Shown: one piece after another, positions 7,469 to 15,629 of the stretch
Numbering within the stretch: the stretch's first letter is position 1
Layout of the letters: the number at the start of each line of letters is the position of its first letter
Origin: Desulfomonilaceae bacterium
GTDB taxonomy: Bacteria; Desulfobacterota; Desulfomonilia; Desulfomonilales; Desulfomonilaceae
Direction: 5' to 3'
Length of the DNA stretch: 22,234 nt
Assembly: GCA_035319325.1 (NCBI GenBank)
Contig: DATHCX010000113.1
Location: 1-22,234 of the forward strand
Position numbers and translations under genes: made by a program
Notes under the pieces: model-generated
Database searches by the model: none
Told to the model about the DNA's origin: nothing
The model's input: the letters and a program-made list of their open reading frames with translations, nothing else

Positions 7469-9445
7469 TCAGAAATGCAGGATCTTTTCGGGCAGCCTCG
7501 CTTTCGGATCAATCTGTCGCGTCAGGGAAGCCCAAAGCCGTGAATGAGATTCGTCTCTAAACAACACTTCTTCCGGGTGATTCCCAAAAACCTCTGCAAT
7601 CAGGCGCATCAGGGGTTCATAATCGGATTCTTTTCCCCGAGGCCAGGAAATCAGACAGGGCAAATCCAAGGTCGACAGGTATGCTTCGTTGGTTTCCGCC
7701 GTTTCCCACACCACGAACGCTAATGACTCGTATGTTCTCCCCACTTCTTTTCTCGCCCTGCCGCTGCCGGGATCGCGAAATATCACCGTGAGCTGCAACG
7801 ACACCACTACCGCGTCTCCGAAGAGAGGGCGATACGAGCGGTTCATGAAGATTTCGGGGTTAGCCGCATTTTTCACGATATCCCTGAGGAAATCCGTCCG
7901 AGGCGCGTCTGAAAATTCCAGCACCACGTGAACCACTGCATGCGGGTTTGCAAGGGTGAACCTCTCGAGCATGCTCAGAATTACGTCCTCTTTGCAAACC
8001 CCTTTGAACCAGAAGGTGAACGGATCGGTAGCTCTGGGTATCACCTGGGCAAGTGCTTTGAAAGGTTCTCTTGTTCCGATGTCGACGATCCACTTGCTGA
8101 TGTAGCCCGCGTGATTCATGTCGACGACAACGCCGGAACCCCGATCGACCAGAGAAGGAGGCGGTATATAGTCAAGTTCCATGCCGAATGCGTCTTCGCA
8201 AGCCACGAGAGCCGGCTGGAATTCTTTTTCCGGAAAGGCGGACGTGGAACGTACGTAGTAAGGGGGACGCAGATCGTACGCCAGGTGAAGCTCCGAAGCA
8301 CGGCTCCTGAAATCCGTCCCGGGCAACACCGACAGGACGAAGGGGTGCACCACGGAATACGCTTCAGTATTCCTGAGCCACTCTATGGTTCGTTTGAACC
8401 CATCGGGAGTATCCCCGGGAAGTCCGAGTATGATGCCGGTTGTGACGTCTATACCCGCATTTTTGAGAAGGTGAACTCCTGCGGCTATCTTGTCCGGATC
8501 TCCCGTACGACCGGCCAAGGCCAGCGCTTCCGGATTCACGGTTTGTAAGCCCACTTCGGCGCTCTTCAATCCAGCCTCTCCGAGAAGGCGCACATCATCG
8601 ATGTTCAGGAGATCGGAACGCAGTTCGGTGTGTAGGGCCAAATCGTTACACTGCCTCCGGGCTGCCATGGATGTGAGAATATCCCGGAAGCCCTTTCGTG
8701 CATTGAATGTAGGATCCATCAGGTAAATCTCGCGGACACCGGAATCCCGGGAATAAGCGAAATCGAGGACTTTCTCGATGGAATTGGCTGGATGGAAGCG
8801 CATGCCTGCAAACGTTTTATGATAGTAACAGTATCTGCATTGAAACGGGCACCCCCTGACGGTTTCCAGGAACAGGGTGCCGTCCTGCGCCGGGGAAATT
8901 CTGCCATCCAGATAGGGATACTGGCACGCGGCTAGGTTCCAGGATGCCGCGTGGTGGGTGTTCACCGCAACGTTGTCACCGTCTTTGGCAAAGCAGGCGG
9001 GAATCGACCGGATTTCGCTTTTATTGATCAATGCTTCCAGAACCGACGCGATCCTGGATTCACCTTCACCGAATATGCCGGCGTCGACGGCAGGATGCTC
9101 CAAAACCCACCGGTTATCCGGCGTAACTTCCGGCCCCCCGACGATCACAAAGACACCCGGCAGGTTTCTCTTGATGCCTGAAGCCAAAAAAAGGCTTCTC
9201 TCCACGTTCCATACATACAGCGTGAATGCTACGACCGCGGGTTTGTTTTCAACGATTTTTTCCAGCAATCCCCGATCCGCGAAGACGTCAGCGACGCTGG
9301 AATGGAGCGCTTCCGGAACCAATGCCGTTCTGCCCGCGACTTCCAGTGCGGACATGAGGAATCCAGCTGCGAGAGGAATGTTCGCCGGACTTGCTTCAAA
9401 CGAAAATCGCGGCGGCGGAAGCTGAATGAAGAGTACTCGTTTCAT
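7469..9445 (-). CDS. B12-binding-domain radical SAM protein (class B-like) with about 200-aa C-terminal extension of unknown function
   Basis: 658 aa. Radical-SAM CxxxCxxC motif (GCPFQCRYCYY). The N-terminal third has a Rossmann-like cobalamin-binding-domain character (VLFIQLPPP..., VVAFTLYVWNV, VFVIVGGPEVT). The C-terminal roughly 200 aa (DLRPPYYVRSTSAF ... to the end) is not recognisable to me. Confidence 0.8.
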   Translation of the reverse strand: MKRVLFIQLPPPRFSFEASPANIPLAAGFLMSALEVAGRTALVPEALHSSVADVFADRGLLEKIVENKPAVVAFTLYVWNVERSLFLASGIKRNLPGVFVIVGGPEVTPDNRWVLEHPAVDAGIFGEGESRIASVLEALINKSEIRSIPACFAKDGDNVAVNTHHAASWNLAACQYPYLDGRISPAQDGTLFLETVRGCPFQCRYCYYHKTFAGMRFHPANSIEKVLDFAYSRDSGVREIYLMDPTFNARKGFRDILTSMAARRQCNDLALHTELRSDLLNIDDVRLLGEAGLKSAEVGLQTVNPEALALAGRTGDPDKIAAGVHLLKNAGIDVTTGIILGLPGDTPDGFKRTIEWLRNTEAYSVVHPFVLSVLPGTDFRSRASELHLAYDLRPPYYVRSTSAFPEKEFQPALVACEDAFGMELDYIPPPSLVDRGSGVVVDMNHAGYISKWIVDIGTREPFKALAQVIPRATDPFTFWFKGVCKEDVILSMLERFTLANPHAVVHVVLEFSDAPRTDFLRDIVKNAANPEIFMNRSYRPLFGDAVVVSLQLTVIFRDPGSGRARKEVGRTYESLAFVVWETAETNEAYLSTLDLPCLISWPRGKESDYEPLMRLIAEVFGNHPEEVLFRDESHSRLWASLTRQIDPKARLPEKILHF

Positions 9446-9517
9446 GCATTTAATTTAACGCACATTCAGCGGTTGCGAAACGGAACACCATTCGGCCGCA
9501 CTTAGGACCGAGCGCAA

Positions 9518-11026
9518 TTATTCGGGTTTTTTGGGAGCCTTTTCCGTGGGTTGCCGTTCTTTTGCTGCGGCCCGTCCCAGGTATTCCGGTAGTTCCAGGC
9601 CTGCCATGCGAGCCAATTCGTGCATTGGAGGCAGCACCCCCATGAGTCGCCGACCGAGATCCGACATGCCGGAGCCGCTTCCGCTCCCGCCATCCCAGAT
9701 TACCAGCTTCTCAATGGGAAGATTCTTTACGGCTTCTGTCTGAATGCGGGCTATTTCAAGAAGTTTCTCGATGAGCAGCAAAGCTGCTGTGGACGACGGA
9801 TCGTTACTGCACGATTCCATCAGTGACCGGTATCCCTTGGCTTTTCCGTCGAGTATTGCCTGAAGACCCTTGGCTTCGGCCTGCATCTTCAGGAGAGCTC
9901 CATCAGCTTCCCCTGTGGCTACGAGCACTTTCTTCTGGCGCTCCGCTTCAGCTTCCACCACAGCCTTTTGTTTTGCGGCTTCGGCAGGAACGACCATTTC
10001 CGCATTAAAGCGAGCCTGTTCCCGTTTCGCGCGGGCTTCTTCAGCAGATTTTTGCGCCTCTTCCCGGGCAACCCGGATGGATCCGTCCGCCTTCTCGGCA
10101 GCGGCCTGGCCTCTGGCTCTTGCGTCTTCCTCGGCGACTTTTTGGCCCGCTGCGAATCCGGCTTTTCTGGCGTTAGCCTCTGTTTCCGTCTCCACAGCCT
10201 GCGCGTCAAGCAGGGACACCTGCTGTCGCCGATCCCGTTCGGCCTGCGCTTCGCCCACAGAGGCCAAGGAGTTTGCCGCGGCCACAGCTTTGCGGCGATC
10301 CCGTTCAGCTTCCGATTCACCCACCGAAGCTTCCGAATTTGCCGCGGCAACTGCGCGGCGTTGATCCCGCTCGCGCTCCGCCACTCCGATCTTTCCGAGT
10401 TTCTCCTGTTCCGCAACGTCGATAATGGCCTGATTAATGGCCTCGGCAGCGGCTTTGCGACCCAGAGCCTGAATATAGCCGCTGTCATCCTCGATATCTT
10501 TGATGTTGACGTTTATGACCGTCAATCCAATCTTTTCCAGTTCCACGGACACTGCCTCGTTGACTTTTGCCATGAACGCCTGTCTATCCCTGTTTATCTC
10601 CTCGATCTGCATTGTGGCGATTACCGCGCGCATCTGCCCCAGAATTATATCCTGGGCCTGTTTTTTCACATCGTCCATGCTCTGGCCGAGAAGCCTGATG
10701 GCAGCATTTTGCATAACACCGTCATCCGTGCTGATTGCGGCGGTGACTGTCGTGGGAACCGAGACTCGAATGTTTTCTCGCGAAAGAGCGCTCGTAAGTT
10801 CAATGGGAACCACGAACGGTTCCAGATCGAGCCACTCATAGGATTGTAAAACAGGCCATATGAACGCGGCTCCTCCGTGAACGCATTTTGCCGCTCCCTG
10901 GCCCGTTCTTCCGTAGATAACGAGGATTTTGTTCGATGGGCAACGCTTGTATCTTCTGACAAACAACCAGATGATCGTGAGGACCATAAGGGCCAGAATG
11001 AAAGTCAAAACGAACGCGGTTTGCAT
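9518..11026 (-). CDS. Flotillin / SPFH (band-7) family protein, YqiK/FloA-like
   Basis: 502 aa. N-terminal TM anchor (FVLTFILALMVLTIIWLFV), SPFH domain, then a long Ala/Glu/Arg-rich coiled coil with tandem roughly 20-aa repeats (AERDRR(K/Q)AVAAANS(E/L)ASVGE). Gly/Ser-rich tail. Directly downstream of the NfeD gene. Confidence 0.9.
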   Translation of the reverse strand: MQTAFVLTFILALMVLTIIWLFVRRYKRCPSNKILVIYGRTGQGAAKCVHGGAAFIWPVLQSYEWLDLEPFVVPIELTSALSRENIRVSVPTTVTAAISTDDGVMQNAAIRLLGQSMDDVKKQAQDIILGQMRAVIATMQIEEINRDRQAFMAKVNEAVSVELEKIGLTVINVNIKDIEDDSGYIQALGRKAAAEAINQAIIDVAEQEKLGKIGVAERERDQRRAVAAANSEASVGESEAERDRRKAVAAANSLASVGEAQAERDRRQQVSLLDAQAVETETEANARKAGFAAGQKVAEEDARARGQAAAEKADGSIRVAREEAQKSAEEARAKREQARFNAEMVVPAEAAKQKAVVEAEAERQKKVLVATGEADGALLKMQAEAKGLQAILDGKAKGYRSLMESCSNDPSSTAALLLIEKLLEIARIQTEAVKNLPIEKLVIWDGGSGSGSGMSDLGRRLMGVLPPMHELARMAGLELPEYLGRAAAKERQPTEKAPKKPE

Positions 11027-11121
11027 TTCGTGTCCCCCTATACCAATTCGCTTTCAACAACGTGAAATCGGGGGCGACCACTTGCAAAGGTTCCCCCAAT
11101 CTTACGTGCGGCGCGTGAGTA

Positions 11122-11763
11122 TTATTCCATTGTTTCCACCTCGAGGGTGTTGTTATCCAGCACCCCCACGACTTTGACCTTGGTTGGCGATGGAATCATC
11201 ATTCCGCTTGAGGATCGAGCGTTCACGTAACTGACGACCCCGCGTACCATCACCCGGATTTTTCCCGTTCCGCGTGCCGGAATATCCATGTACACGACAC
11301 CTTCTTCACCAATGGCGCTCCACACCGTCGCGTTCCCCGTCTCCTGCAACTGGACGAGCTTGAATACGACGAAGGCTACGAGAACCAACGCAGCCGCTCC
11401 CCAGATGAAGCTGTAGATCAGGGCTGCCAGAAGCGAAATTCCGCTCATGAGGTACAGGGTTCCTGCCCAGCAAAACAAAGTCGCAAACGCGAGAACCGAT
11501 CTTACGGAGACCAGAGTAAACGTTATGCCGGCATTCGGGTGAGCATCCCCGGACTGTCCGCCCGTGTGAGCAGGGCCCACGTGTCCCGGTCCTGTATCCC
11601 CGTGATCGGTTGCGATATGCGAATCGCCGTGGATGCCCAGCAGCATGCCGACTATTTGCCACAAGAATACTGTGCTGAAAAACAGTGCAGCGAGAGCAAA
11701 CCCCTTGTTTACCGCAGTCAGCGAACCCCACCAGGATTCCATGTTCAGGGCCTCCGCAGGCAT
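11122..11763 (-). CDS. NfeD-family membrane protein (YqiJ-like), partner of the flotillin
   Basis: 213 aa with multiple TM helices, a His/Gly-rich loop, and a C-terminal soluble beta-rich (OB-fold-like) region (GKIRVMVRGVVSYVNARSS...VKVVGVLDNNTLEVE). The classic nfeD-flotillin gene order holds. Confidence 0.8.
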   Translation of the reverse strand: MPAEALNMESWWGSLTAVNKGFALAALFFSTVFLWQIVGMLLGIHGDSHIATDHGDTGPGHVGPAHTGGQSGDAHPNAGITFTLVSVRSVLAFATLFCWAGTLYLMSGISLLAALIYSFIWGAAALVLVAFVVFKLVQLQETGNATVWSAIGEEGVVYMDIPARGTGKIRVMVRGVVSYVNARSSSGMMIPSPTKVKVVGVLDNNTLEVETME

Positions 11764-11889
11764 ATACGAATGAAGAGGATTTTCGGAGAGCAGATTAGTG
11801 AAATCTGAGCTACTATATCGTCTCCAGGCAAAACGTCAACCAAATCCCGTGGAAGCTGGCCTCCATTCAATTACGGTCTGGAAAAGGCT

Positions 11890-12004
11890 GTCATTGAGAG
11901 GGCAGGGAAGGAATCTGTCTTTAGCAATCGAGATTGCTTCGTCGCTGCGCTCCTCGCAATGACAGGCCCGAGCAGTGTCATTGCGAGGGAAGCGAAGCAA
12001 TCTG
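11890..12004. repeat. Cluster of three repeat-unit copies (degenerate forward 11890-11917, reverse 11929-11963, forward 11977-12004)
   Basis: Reverse copy CGAGATTGCTTCGTCGCTGCGCTCCTCGCAATGAC and forward copy GTCATTGCGAGGGAAGCGAAGCAATCTG face each other across 13 bp. Upstream is a diverged copy GTCATTGAGAGGGCAGGGAAGGAATCTG. Confidence 0.8.
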
Positions 12005-12095
12005 CTCCGACAAACATGTGCGACCTGATATAAGATAACCTGTACTCAGGTTAGGCATTTCCTCCGAATAACTGTACGATTGGGGAAACCGAAAC

Positions 12096-12141
12096 GCGTG
12101 TCCCACTTCGTTGCACCTGGGACACGCTGTCGAATTTTTTT
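12096..12141 (+). promoter_or_regulatory. Perfect 10-bp inverted repeat (GCGTGTCCCA-N12-TGGGACACGC) followed 7 nt later by a T7 tract, in the leader of the dikinase-like gene
   Basis: Stem arms 12096-12105 and 12118-12127; TTTTTTT at 12135-12141. Could be an operator, a leader attenuator or a terminator-like element. The T-tract is further from the stem than in a classic intrinsic terminator. Confidence 0.3.
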
Positions 12142-12344
12142 ACAAGGTGTAAAGGCAGATGGCTGGACCACCGGTCATATAAATCGACATATCGTCGGGC
12201 AGGCGCGAGCAGGGGTTGAGGACGACAGGTTGTTCAGTCTGCGGCGGCGACCGGGTGGCCGTCCCGCGAGGGGGGTACGGTTATTGCTGCATTTTCCGCG
12301 GGCCGGTGTCTCATATCATGGCTATGCCCTCACAGGAAATCGCT

Positions 12345-14981
12345 ATGGCTCAAATGATTGCGAACATTCTGAATCGGTTAAAAAAGTGGAAATACGGGGA
12401 TCGCGCCGCCGCGCGTGAAAAGATATCTCGATTGTTCAGATTCAAGTACACATGCTTTAAGGATTTATTAGCTTCGAATACGGAGCTGCTCAATCTTATC
12501 ACCGATTTCGAAGAAAAACTGCGGGGACAGGAAGTCTTCGGGATGTCGTACGTGCGCTCCCAAGGAACTCGTGCGGTTTTCCACACGCTCCGCATGGTGA
12601 AGAGCCTGGATGACCTCTCCGGCCACCGGTACCCGCTCTTGTTCGGGGTCCTGGAAAAAATCAATCTCGCTATAAAAGAGGAACTGGGCAAAAGAAAAGA
12701 GCTGCCCGTATCGGATTGGGTTCTGCCGTACAGCAGCATAACCAAAGACATGGTTGACTGGGTGGGAGGCAAGAACGCCAACCTTGGAGAATTGCTCAAC
12801 AGGGCCCACATCCCCGTTCCGGAAGGCTTCGCCATTACTACTCGGGCATACAACTTTTTTCTGGAGCAAAACGAACTTGTCGACGAAATCAACAGAATGA
12901 GAATGGAGCTGGATCCGAACGATCCGGCAGCGGTCAATGAAGTGAGCGAGCAGATACAGCGCCTGGTTATAAGCGCTAGGGTTCCTCACGCACTGGAGGA
13001 AGCAATTCTATCGCAATATGAGACCATGTGCGTGAACCTGTGGAAAAAAGGCGCACCGGAGAATTTCAGGCCTCGCGTGGCGCTACGCAGCAGCGCCATA
13101 GGAGAAGACAGCGAATTGTCCTACGCGGGACAATACCTTTCCGTCCTGAATGTTTCCGAGGACAGAATCATAGAGACGTACAAGCTCGTCGTCGCAAGTC
13201 TGTATACTCCCAGGGCCATCTCGTACAGGCTCAACAAAGGCATGCGGGACGAGGACATCGCAATGAGCGTGGCGTGCATTGAGATGGTGGAGTCAGTGGC
13301 CAGCGGAGTTGTCTACAGTCGCGATCCCTCCAACATCCTCGATGACAACGTGCTGGTCAATGCCGTGTGGGGACTTGGTCCCTATGCAGTGGACGGAATC
13401 ATCACTCCCGATGCTTATCTGATCTCCAAGGACGGAACTCTGAAAATCGGCGACATGCATATATGCCAAAAACCGGTCAAACTGACGGCAAATCCTGCCG
13501 GAGGACTTTCCGAACAAACCGTGGAATCCGAAAAGCAAAACGAAGCCTGCCTGGAAGCCGAGCAGGTAAGAACCCTCGCGGATTACGCAGTGAAACTGGA
13601 AAAACACTATGAGTATCCGCAAGATATAGAATGGGCCCTCGATCCGCGCGGCCGCCTTCTCGTGCTTCAGACGCGACCTCTACACCTGGAAGATCTTGAA
13701 AAAACCGGACTGAAAAGTTTTCCCATCGTTCAGGGATATCCCTTGATCGTTCAGGGCTGCGCAACGGCTTTTCCGGGCGTAGGCTCAGGGCCCGCGTTTC
13801 ACGTGCGCTCGAACGAGGATCTGGTGAATTTCCCAAATGGCTCGGTGCTCATTGCGAAGCACTCTACCCCGGAGTTCGTCCTCGTCATGCAGAAGGCCGC
13901 TGCAATTGTTACCGACGCAGGCAGTGTGACGGGGCACATGGCTTCTCTTGCAAGAGAATTCGGAGTTCCCACCATCCTGGATGCAAAGACTGCTACAACA
14001 GACATCGAGCCCGGAGGGGAAATCACCGTGGACGCATATTCGGGCCGCGTGTACCTGGGGCGAGTTCCCGAATTGATGGCGCTGCAGAAGACGAAAGAAT
14101 CCGCCATGAAGAACACTCCCGTGTACGAGACGCTGAGGCGAGTTGCGGATCTGATTGTGCCTCTGCACCTCGTCAATCCCAGAGCGGCAAATTTCGCTCC
14201 GGAGTACTGTCGGACGCTTCACGACATCATGCGTTTCGTGCACGAGCTTTCGTACAGGGAAATGTTCCAAATAAGCGATGCGCTCTCCGATACGGGAGGA
14301 GGAGGGGCACTGCGACTTCAGGCGCCGATACCTCTCGACCTGCACATCATCGATCTCGGGGAAGGACTGGCTCCGGTTTCCTTTTTTTCCAACTGGGTGA
14401 GCGTGGACCAGGTAACCTCAGTTCCGTTCAAGGCGCTGCTGACTGGAATGCTCCACGAAGATCTCAGGTCCCAAGGGCCAAGGGCCATAGATCTCGGCGG
14501 TTTTTTTTCCGTCATGAGGGAGCAAATGCTGACTCCCAACAACATGGCGGAACGATTCGGAGACCGGAGCTATGCGATTATATCAGACAAATACGTGAAC
14601 TTCAGTTCGCGCATCGGGTACCATTATAGCGTGCTCGATGCCTACTGCAGCGATTCCATTCACAAAAATTATATTACGTTTTCGTTCAAGGGTGGGGCTG
14701 CGGACGAACTGAGGCGAAACAGACGAGCGCGAGCCATAGGAATGATTTTCGAGGAACTCGATTTCCAGGTTGAAGTTCGCGAAGATCGCGTGGACGCTCG
14801 TTTCTATAAGTACGAGCGCCCGGTGATTGAGGCCAAGCTGGACACCTTAGGCAGGCTCCTGCAATTCACGCGGCAGATGGATATGCTCATGCAGTGCGAG
14901 TCCAGCGTGGAGGTTCTGGCCAAGAGCTTTCTCTCCGGCAATTACAATCTCGATCCTGAAGTGTTGTGCAAAATCCAATGA
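12345..14981 (+). CDS. PEP-utilising-type dikinase-like protein (PPDK_N ATP-grasp domain plus phospho-His swivel domain) with N-terminal extension and non-canonical C-terminal domain
   Basis: The PpsA/PPDK N-domain signature starts at VGGKNANLGELLNRAHIPVPEGFAITTRAY, about 140 aa into the protein. Swivel-domain His motif GSVTGHMASLAREFGVPTI. The last roughly 290 aa lack the PEP/pyruvate-binding TIM-barrel motifs I would expect. Start assigned to ATG 12345 (SD AGGAAA 5 nt upstream). The track ORF begins at 12216 and ATG 12318 is an alternative. Confidence 0.75.
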   Translation: MAQMIANILNRLKKWKYGDRAAAREKISRLFRFKYTCFKDLLASNTELLNLITDFEEKLRGQEVFGMSYVRSQGTRAVFHTLRMVKSLDDLSGHRYPLLFGVLEKINLAIKEELGKRKELPVSDWVLPYSSITKDMVDWVGGKNANLGELLNRAHIPVPEGFAITTRAYNFFLEQNELVDEINRMRMELDPNDPAAVNEVSEQIQRLVISARVPHALEEAILSQYETMCVNLWKKGAPENFRPRVALRSSAIGEDSELSYAGQYLSVLNVSEDRIIETYKLVVASLYTPRAISYRLNKGMRDEDIAMSVACIEMVESVASGVVYSRDPSNILDDNVLVNAVWGLGPYAVDGIITPDAYLISKDGTLKIGDMHICQKPVKLTANPAGGLSEQTVESEKQNEACLEAEQVRTLADYAVKLEKHYEYPQDIEWALDPRGRLLVLQTRPLHLEDLEKTGLKSFPIVQGYPLIVQGCATAFPGVGSGPAFHVRSNEDLVNFPNGSVLIAKHSTPEFVLVMQKAAAIVTDAGSVTGHMASLAREFGVPTILDAKTATTDIEPGGEITVDAYSGRVYLGRVPELMALQKTKESAMKNTPVYETLRRVADLIVPLHLVNPRAANFAPEYCRTLHDIMRFVHELSYREMFQISDALSDTGGGGALRLQAPIPLDLHIIDLGEGLAPVSFFSNWVSVDQVTSVPFKALLTGMLHEDLRSQGPRAIDLGGFFSVMREQMLTPNNMAERFGDRSYAIISDKYVNFSSRIGYHYSVLDAYCSDSIHKNYITFSFKGGAADELRRNRRARAIGMIFEELDFQVEVREDRVDARFYKYERPVIEAKLDTLGRLLQFTRQMDMLMQCESSVEVLAKSFLSGNYNLDPEVLCKIQ

Positions 14982-15020
14982 TATCTGCGGCAATGCGAAG
15001 AAGTGAAATCCGGGAAGCCC

Positions 15021-15043
15021 TTCGGGGAACGTGTTTCCCCGAA
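15021..15043. terminator. GC-rich hairpin (9-bp stem TTCGGGGAA / TTCCCCGAA, 5-nt loop) between convergent genes; candidate bidirectional terminator
   Basis: Lies 40 bp after the dikinase-like stop and about 155 bp after the end of the response regulator on the opposite strand. Followed by CCCCCTTTC and, further on, CGCTTTTTT. There is no U-tract immediately adjacent to the stem, so the call is weak. Confidence 0.3.
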
Positions 15044-15198
15044 CCCCCTTTCATACGGATTCGCTTTTTTACAGGTAACTCGATTCTGGGCACAGGCTGG
15101 GGGCACTCCTTCGCTGCGGACGACGCAGAGCCGTCTCATGACTTCGTTCAGGAGAGCCCCCAGCCCTGGAATCTCATAAATCTTGTGGCGAATGCGTA

Positions 15199-15627
15199 TC
15201 AGCTCTTTGAATGAGAACCGGCATCTTGTTCGCGGCCCGTCAATTTCAGTCTGGCCACTTTTCGATCATAAGCGGCTTCGATCTTTTCGATCAGCTCATG
15301 AATTGCGTAGGGTTTCAGCAGGTAATCGTACGCTCCGATCTTCATAATTTCTTTCGCAGTATCAACGGACGCGTAGCCGGTCATGATGATGACTTCTATC
15401 TGGGGATCTATTTTGCGTATCTCGGCCAGCACCTGGACACCCGTCATTTCCGGCATCCGCACATCCAGAATGACAACATCGTACGGCCTTTGTCGCAATT
15501 CTTCCAGACCTTGCGGCCCGGAACCGGCCGTGGACGCTTCAAAGCCTTCGACGGTAAGCAACTTGCACATGGTGTGTCTGAATCGTTCCTCATCGTCCAC
15601 GATTAACACTCTGGGTTTCGCCGACAT
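15199..15627 (-). CDS. Single-domain (CheY-like) response regulator receiver protein
   Basis: Start at MSAKPRVLIVDDEE. Receiver-domain hallmarks: DD pair, phospho-acceptor Asp in VVILDVRMP, Thr in IIMTGY, Lys in YLLKP. No output domain (about 142 aa). ATG 15627 lies 2 nt after the upstream kinase TAG, so it is translationally coupled. I trimmed the track ORF 15199-15690 to the internal Met. Confidence 0.85.
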   Translation of the reverse strand: MSAKPRVLIVDDEERFRHTMCKLLTVEGFEASTAGSGPQGLEELRQRPYDVVILDVRMPEMTGVQVLAEIRKIDPQIEVIIMTGYASVDTAKEIMKIGAYDYLLKPYAIHELIEKIEAAYDRKVARLKLTGREQDAGSHSKS

Positions 15628-15629
15628 GT

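Noticed and set aside
6186-8548. Several long antisense ORFs (6186-6764 minus; 7928-8548 plus; 12468-12989 and 13785-14345 minus; 17700-18455 and 18239-18802 plus; 20178-20798 minus; 21197-22219 minus)
   Set aside because: Each lies opposite a gene with strong domain-level evidence. None has a recognisable motif, and they are the usual consequence of high GC content.
9968-10849. 293-aa plus-strand ORF (and neighbours 9870-10364, 9919-10488) overlapping the flotillin gene
   Set aside because: They are antisense or off-frame to a gene with clear SPFH/coiled-coil features. Their translations are low-complexity (Ala/Ser/Arg or Phe/Leu-rich), as expected from GC-rich tandem repeats.
12216-12344. 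N-terminal 43 codons of the track ORF for the dikinase-like protein (MRTTGCSVCGGDRVAVPRGG...)
   Set aside because: It has no RBS, is Cys/Gly/Arg-rich, and overlaps the leader. An in-frame ATG at 12345 has a good AGGAAA Shine-Dalgarno. Start assigned there, though 12318 remains possible.
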